A program made the position numbers and the translations under genes. Shown in pieces: positions 1-11,358 of a DNA stretch of 64,000 nucleotides; position 1 is the stretch's first letter, and every line of letters begins with the position of its first letter. The stretch is from Oikopleura dioica (lineage: Eukaryota > Animalia > Chordata), in NCBI GenBank assembly GCA_907165135.1, contig OU015567.1, positions 15,934,001 to 15,998,000 of the forward strand. The letters are read 5' to 3'. Below the pieces are notes generated by a model that made no database searches, had not been told where the DNA came from, and saw nothing but the letters and a program-made list of their open reading frames with translations.

Positions 1-422
1 CACTATTACAACGCGCCCATGGACTTTTCCGAAAAAGACATTCAAGAAATCTGCTCGAAAGAAAACTTGACTACTGTCCAGATTAAGGTAAATCAATCTG
101 TGCCAGGCGGGCAACGCTCTTTTCGAGACCCTGATCATTTTTTCTTTTTCAAAGCCTTACTCAGGTTTTATACACAGGTTGCCGATCTAAGGAAAACTGC
201 AAAAGTAAATGAATCTTCTTCAGGTTTTCCCGCCAAAAGACTCGAAAGTGAAGACTTCCAGTGGAATCGTCGAGTTTAGCAATACCGAGGAAGCAGTCAA
301 GGCTCTCGTTCTTCTCAATCACCGTAAGATCTTTTCCAAAACAGCTGCGAATTCTTAAAATAATTGTAGTCGAACTTGAAGGGCGCCAGATTCTGAAACT
401 CTGCTTTTCTTCAACGAAATAA
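1..422 (+). CDS. HNRNPL: hnRNP L-like, last RRM (gene continues off the window start)
   Basis: Exons 1-87, 224-323, 370-422 (GT-AG introns) give HYYNAPMDFSEKDIQEIC...VFPPKDSKVKTSSGIVEFSNTEEAVKALVLLNH...LKLCFSSTK*, matching the HFFNAP...LKLCFS RRM4 of hnRNP L/LL. Confidence 0.8.
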
Positions 423-1118
423 CTGCCTGAACGTCGCTACAACTCCTATATTGCTGTCAAACCCTGAAACTAAGAAGAATCGCCTCTTTCGGACGCGTTC
501 TCCAACTCTGCAACAAAACTGATCATTCTCGCTATCTCTCTCTCGAAGAAAAAGGACTCTCCTGCTAAAAAGAGCTGATTCCGCTTTTGAGAGAATTCTC
601 CAATCAAGTTTTTTTCAATAACCGATCTTTTTTAATTATTAATCTATCTCGAGAAAAATCGATCTTATTTAATTTCCTTATCTTTCTTTTCAGTTTAATT
701 TTTAAGTTATCAAAGCTACGATTTCGTGAAATTTTCAAATTTTCTGGTTTCCCAGTTAATTTTCTCTTTTGAAAAGTTAGAACTGGAGATTCTAAAAAAT
801 CATGATTTCTTTGCTTGATTCGCCTTTACCATTCATTTTAAGTTTAAAATTCAGCTTTCCTTTTTTTTCATTTTTGCCCAACTTACATTTAGTTTTCCCA
901 TTCAACTTACTTCGCATTTTCTTTTTATTCTCCCTCGCGGTCCTCTTTTTTTCTCAAGCAGTTCTCAAAGTCTAATTCTATCCTTAAAAAAGATTTTACC
1001 AAAAAATCCGGTGACGCACAATTAACGATTTTGCTGATCACAAAAATTTCAAACAAAAAAAGAACTCCACAGTTACAGTTACTTACAAGGCTGCTCCGAC
1101 AGTCTTTAACATTCAAAG

Positions 1119-1284
1119 CCGGGAAGCGGCCGGAAGCGACAAAAAATGCAAAAAAAATCGCGACAAAAATCGCGACAAAAACGCCCGTAAAAATTTATGT
1201 CGCAAATCTTTCGTCGACAATTATGTGGCTATTGTCGCCGAGAATAATTGTCGCAAAATTTTGTCGCGTGCTGCCGCTTCCCCA
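1119..1284. mobile_element. Degenerate MITE with GGGAAGCGGC inverted ends and internal GCGACA/TGTCGC arrays
   Basis: GGGAAGCGGC at 1121 vs GCCGCTTCCC at ~1273; GCGACA motifs on the left flip to TGTCGC on the right. Related copies at ~5170-5370 and ~7380-7650. No clear TSD. Confidence 0.55.
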
Positions 1285-2374
1285 AAAACACCATCTGGAA
1301 TTTTATACTGACTCACCAAGACCGTTCAGTAGTATTTATCCTCCATTTATAACTTTCGCTACCCCTCGGCATGATTTAGGGTGCGCTCGTGGAAATCCTT
1401 CCGCGGCCTTGAATTTACACAACAAACTGATTCAACAGACAGTCAAATGATTACCAACAGAAAAACGAACTTTCTTTTTTCATTTGCTCAAATGACAAAA
1501 TCAAAAACCACAATCTTGGGGTACAGACGCTAGCGCGGGCAAATGCTTTTACGGGCCAATCAGATGTCGCTCTTTTCCGCTTTGGCGAATCAGAAGCCGC
1601 CACAGAAGGCTCGCGCCCGCCTAGCACAGAACAAGACATGACATGACATAAAACCACATTTTTTGCAATTTTACCATCACGACCTTAAATTTCTTTAGGG
1701 ATCGACAATCACAAACTCATCATCACATCTTTATCCTAACTCCATTTATTATTTCCAAGAACTATTTTTCGGCTCTCACGATTTCAAAAAGTCCCTCTTC
1801 CAATTATTTTTACCTCTCTATTTCTGAATAATTTACTGATTTCTTAGTCAATTAATTTCCAATTCACGTACTAAAAATTTTAATGCTTCCTCTTAATTTT
1901 AAAAAAGAAAAAACTATCTTCAACTATCCCTTTTTCACTAGCATTCTCTGCCCTTCTTATTCTAGTAATTCCCGATTTCCTACAAAGGTACCACTTTTGA
2001 GGAGGCAAGTCTCAGTGTGCGATTTGTCCCGATATCGTTTTTTTAAGTTACCTATTTCTCTAAAATCCTCGAAGTGCCTCTTTCTTCCCAGACCAATTTC
2101 TATTCATCTCAGTTTGGTGCCAGTTTCAGTCTCTTTTTCCGCCGCCAGTTACAGTAATTCCAGCCACACTCCGAAAAAAAACTAACTCACGTGGCTTCAA
2201 TTAAAAAAAACCGGCTGGTTCGAACAGACTCGCTCAAAAAATGCAAGCGACGCGTGGTGTCGATTGCTCGTTAGAATTTATGTCAAATACTGTCTACCTC
2301 ACAAGTTCAATCAGTCTTGTTATTAAACTAAAAGCTTCTAAAAGGTCTTTCTTCATCTTTTTTTCGTCCCTAGA

Positions 2375-2883
2375 ATGGGCGTTTTGGACGCAGTGGGCAT
2401 CCAGTTTTGCAACGAATGCAACAATATGCTCTACCCACGGGTATAAATTCAGCTCGCGTGCAGTGCCAACAACAAAGACTAACAAACTCAAAAATTGTGA
2501 AAGTAGAAGAGTTTATGCCATTTCTTGAACTCCTGTTTCTCTGTAGGAAGACAAAGTGAATCGAGTGCTGCTCTATCAGTGCCGGAACTGCGAGCTGAAC
2601 GTCGAAGCTGAAAGACCGTGCATCTATGTGAACAAACTCATCTCCACCCTGAACGAAGTCAAGCAGATAAACACGGACGTAGTCATGGTAGGGTAGAAAT
2701 ATTAAGCCTCCTAGTAGCCGACTTTAGGATCCGACTCTGCCAACGACTTCGCACATAAACTGTCCCCAATGCAACGCCAACCAAGCGGTGTTCTTCCAGT
2801 CCTACTCGACGCGAAAAGACGCGAAGATGAATCTCTTCTATGTTTGCAAAATCTGCCGTTACAAATGGACATGTGTCGAGTGA
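2375..2883 (+). CDS. POLR2I: RNA polymerase II subunit RPB9
   Basis: Exons 2375-2440, 2547-2687, 2728-2883: [37 protein letters not shown]...DPTLP...CPQCNANQAVFFQS...LFYVCKICRYKW; two zinc ribbons. Confidence 0.93.
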
Positions 2884-2925
2884 ATTCCTCAATGTCTCTA
2901 TTTTTCTTTTTTTCAGAGCAAAAGC

Positions 2926-3915
2926 ATGAACTCTCGATTGATCGCCGTTTCGCTGCGATCTCTGAAGGTTCAGAACGTCTCGGTCGTTGGTTCCGGGCTG
3001 ATGGGCGCTGGAATCGCCCAGGTCGCCGCCCAAACTGGCCACAACGTCGTCCTCAACGATTTGAACGACGCCGCTCTTGGCAAGGCGCAAAAAGGTATCG
3101 AAAAGTCGCTTGGCCGCGTCGCCAAGAAAATGGGCGACGAGGGTGCAAAATTCATCGAAGACACCATGTCGCGCATCACCTTCACGACCAGCGTCGAGGA
3201 AACCGCTGCCAACGCCGACTTGGTCGTCGAAGCGATCGTCGAGAACCTCGCTGTCAAGCAAAAACTCTTTGCTGATCTCGAAGCTGGCGCCTCGGCCAAG
3301 TGCATTTTGGCGACTAACACTTCTTCCCTACCTGTCAGCGCCATCGGCGCCAACCTCAAGGTAGAAAATCGAAGATGATTAAATCTAACACAGTTGAGGA
3401 TACGACTCGATTCGGCGGTCTCCACTTCTTTAACCCCGTTCCAATGATGAAGCTGCTTGAGGTGATCAAAGCGAACGACACTTCGGACGAAGTGTTCCAG
3501 GCGATGCTCGACTGGGGCAAGGCGATGAACAAGACCACTGTGAAATGCATCGATACTCCCGGCTTCATCGTCAACCGACTTTTGGTGCCCTACCTGATGG
3601 AAGCCATTCGACTCGTCGAGCGAGGCCACGCCACCAAAGAGGATGTTGGTAAGCGATCATTTTGAAAAAGCAGAGCTCAGGCCAATTTTTTTTAAAGATA
3701 TCGCGATGAAACTTGGAGCTGGGCATCCAATGGGTCCACTCCAGCTCGCTGATTACGTCGGCCTGGACACTTGCAAGTTCATCCTCGACGGCTGGCACCA
3801 GGAGTACCCTGACGAGCCGCTTTTCAACCCCGTAGAAACCCTCAACAAACTCAACGAAGAAGGCAAAATTGGTATGAAGTCCGGCGAAGGATTCTACAGC
3901 TACAAAAAGAAGTAA
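2926..3915 (+). CDS. HADH: Short-chain 3-hydroxyacyl-CoA dehydrogenase
   Basis: [59 protein letters not shown] motifs; introns 3361-3398 and 3649-3697. Confidence 0.95.
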
Positions 3916-4046
3916 AAAGAGGATAACTGAAGTTATACTTTTCCCTGTTTTGAAGCCCTTGATCCTGAAAACCACTATTTATTCATGTATAGTTAGTTCT
4001 TTCTTTTCACTGTTTTGATAATAAAATTAAAAAGACTGGAAGATAA

Positions 4047-6703
4047 ATGATAAATATTCGAAACGCGACGGTCGAAGACATGCAGGCAATGCAGCACTGC
4101 AACTTGCTTTGCCTGCCTGAGAACTACCAGCTGAAGTACTATCTCTACCACGGATTGAGCTGGCCCCAGCTGAGTTTCGTTGCCGAGGACGAGAACGGCA
4201 AACTCGTCGGCTACGTTCTCGCCAAAATGGAAGACCAGGAGAACCCCGACGACAACGTAAGAAAAGTTCTCTTCCTTGATTTCAATTTTAATCAGACGCC
4301 TCACGGACACATCACTTCGTTGGCGGTGAGACGGAGCCACAGACGACTCGGAATTGCAAAGAAAGTGATGGATCAAGCATGCAAAGGAATGGTCGAGAAC
4401 TTTGGTGCAAAGTAAGCATTTTTTTCTCTTTATTCGGTGAAATTTGTTTTTTTTTTCTTTGTGAACTTAGAAATTTGAAATTAGCAAGTACATGGGTTTG
4501 AGGTCTTGTCGGCGTTTCTCGGGCGGATTCCCGAATTTCCAAAGCCAAGAGGTAGTTGATTTGATTCCATCGGCATCTTTTTCATGACATCTGTGGCAAT
4601 AAACTCGAAGGCACTTAATTAATGACTTAGTTTTTTATGGCCGTCTCTACTCATCGATTTGTCTCTGATGAGAATTCGCTACCTGAATACGTTTGAGTCG
4701 GATTTAGCGCTGGACTCGAAGAACTCAGCGCCGAATTCTTGCGCCGCTCTTTGTCCTTGTTCGGTTGAGATAACTCTGTTTTCCTTCTGGTCAGTTTTGT
4801 TTCCGACAAGAATCTTGCTCACGTCCGTTCTGGCGTGCGTCTCGAGAAGGGTGAACCACTTTCTCAGATTTTGAAAGGTAGCTGGCCTCGTCACATCGTA
4901 CATCACCACTGCCGCTCTCGCCTGTCGATAGTACGCCGTCGTGATGGAGTTGAATTTTTCTTGGCCCGCCGTGTCCCAAATCTGCATCTTCACGGTTTTG
5001 TTGTCAATATCGAGTCTTCTGACTTTGAAGTCGATGCCCACTGTGGCCGAATATGCCTGACGATGGGCGCCTTCGGTGAATCGATCCATAAACGACGTTT
5101 TTCCGACGCCGGAGTCGCCTTAAAATTTAAAATTATAAATTTATTGAATGGCGAAAAAATGGTGTAAGCGATCCGAAGCGACAAAAAATGCGACAAAAGA
5201 CTTATTTTTTGCTGCGAAAATTTGAAATTTATGAAAATTAAAGTTCTATGAAAAATTTGTCGCATTTTGTCGTTTTGTGTCGCTTTAGGGTAATCGAGCG
5301 AAGCGGCACACAATTGAGACAAAATTTTCGACCGGATTTTTGTCGCACTAATATGTCGCTTCGTCTAATTCATTAATGGCTTCGATGTTTGATAAATTTC
5401 AGCTGTTGTAGCGTTAGAAATATTTTTTAAATTTTTTTACCGATAATTATGATTTGCATTTTATAATCAGGAGGAGGAAGAACGCGACCTTCCATGATCC
5501 TTTTTTGTCTTCTTTTTTTCGTATTCTTCAGTTTATTTTTTTTCCAGTAATCTTAGTTCCTCTTTTTCAAGTTTTTCCTCTGAAGATTTCAGCGCAAGCA
5601 AAATCCTTGTTGTTTTGTTCCCTAGAGGCTTTCTTTGCCGCTAATTTCGCGTCCTTTGTTTTTCTCCGAGCAAAGCGTACCCTCTTTAGTCGAGATAGAA
5701 TATGTCAAAATCTGGCAGCTAAAATTGCAATTGGAAAATATAGAAAAGGCGATTTTACCTGCTTTTTTTATTGAGTCTCTTTCTTGCGAATAAACAGAAA
5801 AAAAGCGCGCGCGTGTGTGTGTGCTCAGAGTCCCCTGACTACAAGTGTTAAATATCTCGTGACCTGAGCGAGGTAGACCTAACCCGCGGGGGCTTTTCAA
5901 TCTCTCTTTTCGATAAATTTGTATTCTGCGCTATTCATAAAAATAGTCTTCTTTTGGTTTTCTTTTGTTTTCTGCAAAATGAAATCGAGTTAGGGTCGAT
6001 CCAGAGGATGAGTGTCTTTCTGACTCAGTTAAAAGCCAGATACTTTGTCTGAATCAATTACGTGAATAAATAAAAACAAATCCTAAAAAAGAAGTTCTTT
6101 CGGATTAATAATGGACCAAAAGACATGACTTTTCAAATTTGTTGAATAGATTTTTATTAAATTACATAACTAATAGATAAATAAATAATTTTTGATATTT
6201 TTTTTCAATGAAAAAAATTCCGAAATTTGATTTCTCGAAAAAAGCTGACGGGGGGTCCTTAAATTTTTATTATTATAATCTTTATCAAACAATAATTATT
6301 TATTTTCAGGAATTTTAAAAATTAGATGTTCATCAGCATTTTCAGATACGTCTCCCTGCACGTACGAGTGAGCAACAGAGCAGCTCTGAATTTGTACGAG
6401 AAGACGCTTCAATTCGAAAAAACGGAAGTGGAAGCAAAATACTACGCCGACGGAGAAGACGCCTTCGCCATGAAAAAGTATTTGGACGAGTTTTGGGAGG
6501 TCGGCCTATCTTCTTGTTTTAAAAATTCTAAAATTTGATTTCAGAAAAAAGATTCAAAGCCGCCGAAATTCCAGTTTTCGTGGAGGCCGAGCGCGGAGCA
6601 GAAAGTTGAACAAAAAATGAAGAGACTGTCGATCGGGTCCACCGAGTCGCTTCCGGAGCTCGAAGAAAATAACACAGCACAGCCAATTGAGTCGCAATCT
6701 TAG
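4047..6703 (+). CDS. NAA10: N-alpha-acetyltransferase 10 (ARD1)
   Basis: Exons 4047-4256, 4296-4411, 6346-6499, 6545-6703: [52 protein letters not shown]. Confidence 0.95.
4481..5495 (-). CDS. RAB12: Rab12-like small GTPase, nested antisense in NAA10 intron 2
   Basis: Exons 5495-5441, 5118-4683, 4613-4481: [53 protein letters not shown]-terminal CTC*. QxIIIG, FNSITxAYYR and KKMP are Rab12-like. Confidence 0.8.
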
Positions 6704-7031
6704 AAGAATTACTGTTCAACTATTGAGCGCTTAATAAATATCTTCAAAAACCCCCAAATTGTTTTCTATAAATTTTTTTCAGTACCCTGACGCAGGATTG
6801 TATGTGTACAGGTTGCCTTCCAGGTTTCAAGACCCTGCAGCCGGTTGTCTAACGCTTCTAAATTCAGTCGCCACAGATAATGGCATTCTCGAGTTGAATT
6901 TTTAAGTGCTCTTGTCGATAACTTTGAAAAGACAGCGCCGAGTTTAAAAATATAATTTCTCAAAATTTCTCTTTTAGAAAAAAAAAACCTGAAAATTGAA
7001 TCTTAAAAGGAAAACCCGCGAATAATAGAAA

Positions 7032-10000
7032 ATGCAAGTTTTCTCTCCGAACGACATCAACATCTACGACCTGTCGGGCGGAAAGAACCTGCCCGACTTT
7101 TTGTCGATGCGGAAGCGCAAAGAAATGCTCCGAAAAGATGTTTCGCTGCGAAGAAGAATCGATCTCATCCAAGGATTCGAAATGCCAACAGGTTAAAGCG
7201 AACTTTATTGAAACGATCAATTTTGCGGAAAAGTAGCTGACGCAAGGGATTCGTTCAATTAACAGTCTTATCAGTCTCCTGCGCGCATTTTCGTTATCGC
7301 GCAGCTGGCTTAGCTGGACTTATTGGAGCGTTGCTACTGACGCTTCAATTTACTGTTACCATTTTTAACCAAATTCCTCGGGAGGTGTCAGGAAGCGACG
7401 AATTTTGATAAATTTGAGTTTTGACACGAAATTCCAACGAAAAATATCAACAAATCAGAATGCTGTATTTACGGATACCGACCGGTAGATAGCCAATCAG
7501 GCTGATTGAATCAGCTGTCGGACTGAATAATTTTTTATGTGGACAAAAAGCTCGCGACAAAATTTGACAAATTTGAATTTAGTCACGATCTTGCGACGAA
7601 AAATAAACGTCGCTATTTTTGTCGCTTCCTGACAAATTCCCAACTTCCCGGGTATTTTTCCATCAATTCGGAATTTCCCTTCTGTTAGCAATAATTAAGA
7701 GCCCCCCTACTAATAGTTTTCAGTGAACACGCGAGTGAAATGCACGAAAGACGGGCAGTACATCTACACGGCTGGCTGCTACAAGCCGACGATCAAATGC
7801 TTCGAGACTTCGCAGCTTTCCCTGAAGTTTGAGCGCTGCGTCGACTTCGAAGTCGTCGACCTGCACATTTTAACCGACGATTACCAGAAACTGGCGCTGC
7901 TGGGCTCCGACAGAACGATCGAGTTCCACACTTCATCCGGAAAACACGCGAAACTGCGCATCCCGAAATTCGGCCGGGAACTGGAGTTCTACCCGGCCAA
8001 CAGCGAAGTCCTAGTGGCGGCGAGCGGAAACGAGGTTTACAGAATCTCGCTCGAGGAAGGCCGCTTTCTCCAGCCCTACCAAATGGCGATGGACGAAGCG
8101 ATGTCCATCGCCGTTTCTCCAGAACACTATCTCGTCTCCTTAGGTAGTTTTTGAGAAACCGAATTTAAGTGGCGCTTTCATCATTAGCCGCCCGAAGAGC
8201 GGGTACTTTTGGATAGCATCTCCGGGAGGTCACTTTCCACTAATTATGAAACATCGTCTGTGAACGCACTCTTTTCTTATTGGTCACGAAGGGCAAGTTT
8301 GCCACAGTTCGTTGCGTATCAAATAAGTCGTTTTTGAATCTAGTCTGGGCTTGGCAACCTGTGTTGAAAACCTGAGACATGATTTCAAAGATATCTAATC
8401 AAAAGCCGTGAAGCGACCTAGAATAATTTTCTTTTCAATCAATTTTTAAATCCAAGCGAAGCCGCTTTGCTACGCGACTTTTTGATCTTTCAAACCCTGA
8501 CTCAGGTTTTCTACGCGGGTTGCTGAGCCCAGGACCTAAGCCTAGGGCCTAGACTAGGCTTAGACTACAGTAGATTTTTTTTTTTGCTTAGAATGCCATA
8601 ACTTATGGCCCATAAGTTTGAACTTTTCAATCTGACTCTATTTCCTATCAGAACCCATATTCTTCTCAATAGCGACCATAATAAACTCTTCTGTTCTGCG
8701 TTTTTATATTCATTTTATGTCATATGCTGGCTCCGGCGATGAAGAACCCCGGTTTTGCGTGTCATATGATTTCATGATTAGAAGCAAACCTTGAATTTTA
8801 TTCTGAGCTGGTGAGACAGAATAACTTAAAAGTTGGAGCACACATAAGCCTCTTTTCTTTTTTTTCTAATTCATGTTTTCTTATCAAAATGACACATGCT
8901 CACTTCGTTGTTCAATTTTAAACATTTTGAATCTTGGAAGATTGATTTTTGGAGATGTATCGAGTTTCTTCCCTTGATATAGTGATACCCTTATTTAATA
9001 TTAACAGAAAAGAGCTTTTCAACGCAGGTTGCCGAGCCCAGAGTAGCCGAACTCATATTTCACGTGCTTTTCTTTTTAAAGACTTCTTATTTCAGGCGGC
9101 AGTGAATCAACTGTTGAATGTTGGGATCCGCGGGCGCGTTCGGCGGTTGGCTGCGTCAAACTGCCTCAGTCAGATTCTGGAGTGTTTTCGAACATATCGA
9201 AGGTCGTCTATCTCAGCGGACTGGAAATCGCCGCCGGCACTGAAGACGGAAGAGTGGCTATTTACGATCTTCGACAACGAGCGCCGCTGGTCGTCAAAGA
9301 TCACATGTACGAAAAGCCGATCACTTCGATCACGCGGAAGAGCATCTCGCCGGAAAAAAACTGGATCATTTCAACGTGCCAAAAATCGGTGAAAATCTGG
9401 GAATCGGAGACTGGAAAGGCGGTGACGGCGGTTGAACCGCCAGCAAGGATAAATCACGCAGTTTGTGTTGAAAATAGTGGACTCATGTTTCTGGCGCTGG
9501 AGCAGGAGAAGATGCAGACTTACTTTGTTCCAGAGCTCGGGCCGGCGCCAAGGAAGAGTTGAGAATTTCTCGCTTGAATTATTTAAAACTGAATATACCT
9601 CAAGCTGTCCGTTTTCTCTTTGTATATAAAAAGAAAATGCCTATTACTAATAGGCTATTAGCCAAAAATTTTCAACTGAACTGGAAGGTGGTGCTCCTTC
9701 CTGGATATGTTGACCGAAGAGCTGGAAGAATCGAAAACAGACGTGATTTACGACGACTACAAATTCCTCACTCTTCCGGAGCTGAAATCGCTCTCGCTGG
9801 AGAGTCTCGTTGGAACGAATCTCTTACGCGCCTACATGCACGGCTACTTCATCGACAACAGACTCTACCAAAAAGCGAAACTCGCCTCCGATCCATTTGC
9901 CTTTGAAGAGTACAAAGCCAAGCAAGTCGAAACTGCCAGAACCAAAGACAGAAAACGAGCACCCATTGTTGAAAAGGTAATTTTCTCAAATAAATGTTAT

Positions 10001-11052
10001 ACTTATGCAATTTAAATTACGTCAAATGCCGTTGTTAAAAGCTGATCTTTTAGGTTAAAGTTAATCCCGATCTTTATGTGAAAATGAAGGAAAATGGGGC
10101 CGAAAAGGTGGACGATCGTTTCGGCGATCTTTTCACAGACAAAGCCTTCCAAATCGACGAAGAGAGTGAACGATACAATCAGCTCAAGCCAGTTTGTGAG
10201 TTTTCGCCGGTTTAGAACGTATTTATCATTTAATTTTAAATCAGCGTCGACGAAGGTGCGAAAACGCGCAGACTCTTCCAGTGACGAAGAAAAGACGGCT
10301 GAGGACGATTTAGTTCCCGACGTTTTTGTTCCAGAAAAGCCAAATCAGAGAGCAGATTCTGAGCGAGACAGTCTCGACAGCGAGAGCGACAGTGAAGCAG
10401 ATCAAGCCGCCGAGAAAAAGAAACAAGTGGTAAGAAAAGGTTGAGAAGCGATCAGCGCGTTTAGTCTTGCTTTAGCGAAAGACGAAAAAGATGACGGTCA
10501 GAAACGGAGTTGACCTTGGCCACTTCTACGACTCCAATAATACCACCAAGCTCAAGGAGCAGCGCAGGGTCGAGGAGCTCATCCCCATGTCCAAAAGAAT
10601 TGGTAATTGTCTAATGCCTGGGATCTGGGCTCGGCCTCCTGTGTAGAAAACCTGAGTCAGAGTCTGAAACATCTTAAATGAAAAGTCGCGTAGCCGCTAC
10701 ACCGTAGCGGTTTTTAAAAAAACGAAGCCGCGAAGTCAGACACTGACTCAGGTTTTCTACACAGGTTGTCAAGGCAAGCTATTTCAAAAATAAGACCTCT
10801 TTATCAATTATTGAATTTTCAATTTAGACAAAAAAGAAATGCCTCAAAGCAGAAATATCCGCGGAGGAAGAGTGTTTGAGATGGAAGTTGGCAAGAAGAA
10901 AGGTTAGAAAAAATATAAATTTTCATCTTTTTCTAAAAATTGGTTTAGACAAGCAGAGAACGAAAGACACGATGAAGCACATAAAAGAGCGCCGAACGAA
11001 CATCAGAAAAGCAGAATCTTTATTGAAGAAGCATCGACCGAAGAAAACCTAA
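7032..11052 (+). CDS. NOL10: Nucleolar protein 10 (WD40/NUC153)
   Basis: MQVFSPNDINIYDLSGGK...RRRIDLIQGFEMPT, QLSLKFERC, GPAPRWCSFLD, VIYDDYKF, LLRAYMHGYF, DDRFGDLF. Multi-exon; one GA-AG intron 9553-9687. Confidence 0.93.
8345..8532. mobile_element. CTGGGCTCGG-family MITE copy (NOL10 intron 2)
   Basis: TIR consensus CTGGGCTCGGCAACCTGTGTAGAAAACCTGAGTCAGG recognisable at both ends; TSD eroded. Confidence 0.8.
8733..8811 (+). ncRNA. Box C/D snoRNA, mgU6-77 (SNORD10-like) guide for U6 snRNA C77 2'-O-methylation
   Basis: Terminal stem CCGGC/GCTGG, box C GCGATGA, guide TTTGCGTGTCAT complementary to U6 AUGACACGCAAA followed by D' ATGA (5th nt upstream pairs with C77), C'-like ATGATTA, box D CTGA; intronic in NOL10. 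Confidence 0.8.
10625..10778. mobile_element. CTGGGCTCGG-family MITE copy (NOL10 intron)
   Basis: Both TIRs present, right TIR degenerate. Confidence 0.75.
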
Positions 11053-11358
11053 AAATGTGTTTTTTTTCGATTTCTGTAAAATTCTAAATTCAATAAAGCG
11101 AGAAGTTGAGTCCATCGAGACTCCTTTAACCAATCGGCAAGAAGCGGCCAGTTCCTTTTCCCGCTCAATGAAGTGGCCGCTCGTCTCGTAGATGCTTATC
11201 CTGGTCATTTAGCCAGAAAGTGGCATCGTAATAATGCAAGCTCTTATCGCATTAACAGGCAGGTGGCGCTCCAGAAATTGCGTATAAAAAACAATCGCTT
11301 CCCTCAATTTGCACATCGAATCATTTCACTCAAGATACTTTGAGGAAAATCAACAAAA

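Noticed and set aside
900-2300. Possible minus-strand gene between hnRNP L and POLR2I
   Set aside because: Some exon-like pieces exist, but I could not build a consistent frame or recognise a product.
2683-3629. Long antisense ORFs (192 and 219 aa) opposite HADH
   Set aside because: Antisense shadows of a GC-rich biased coding sequence; no recognisable product.
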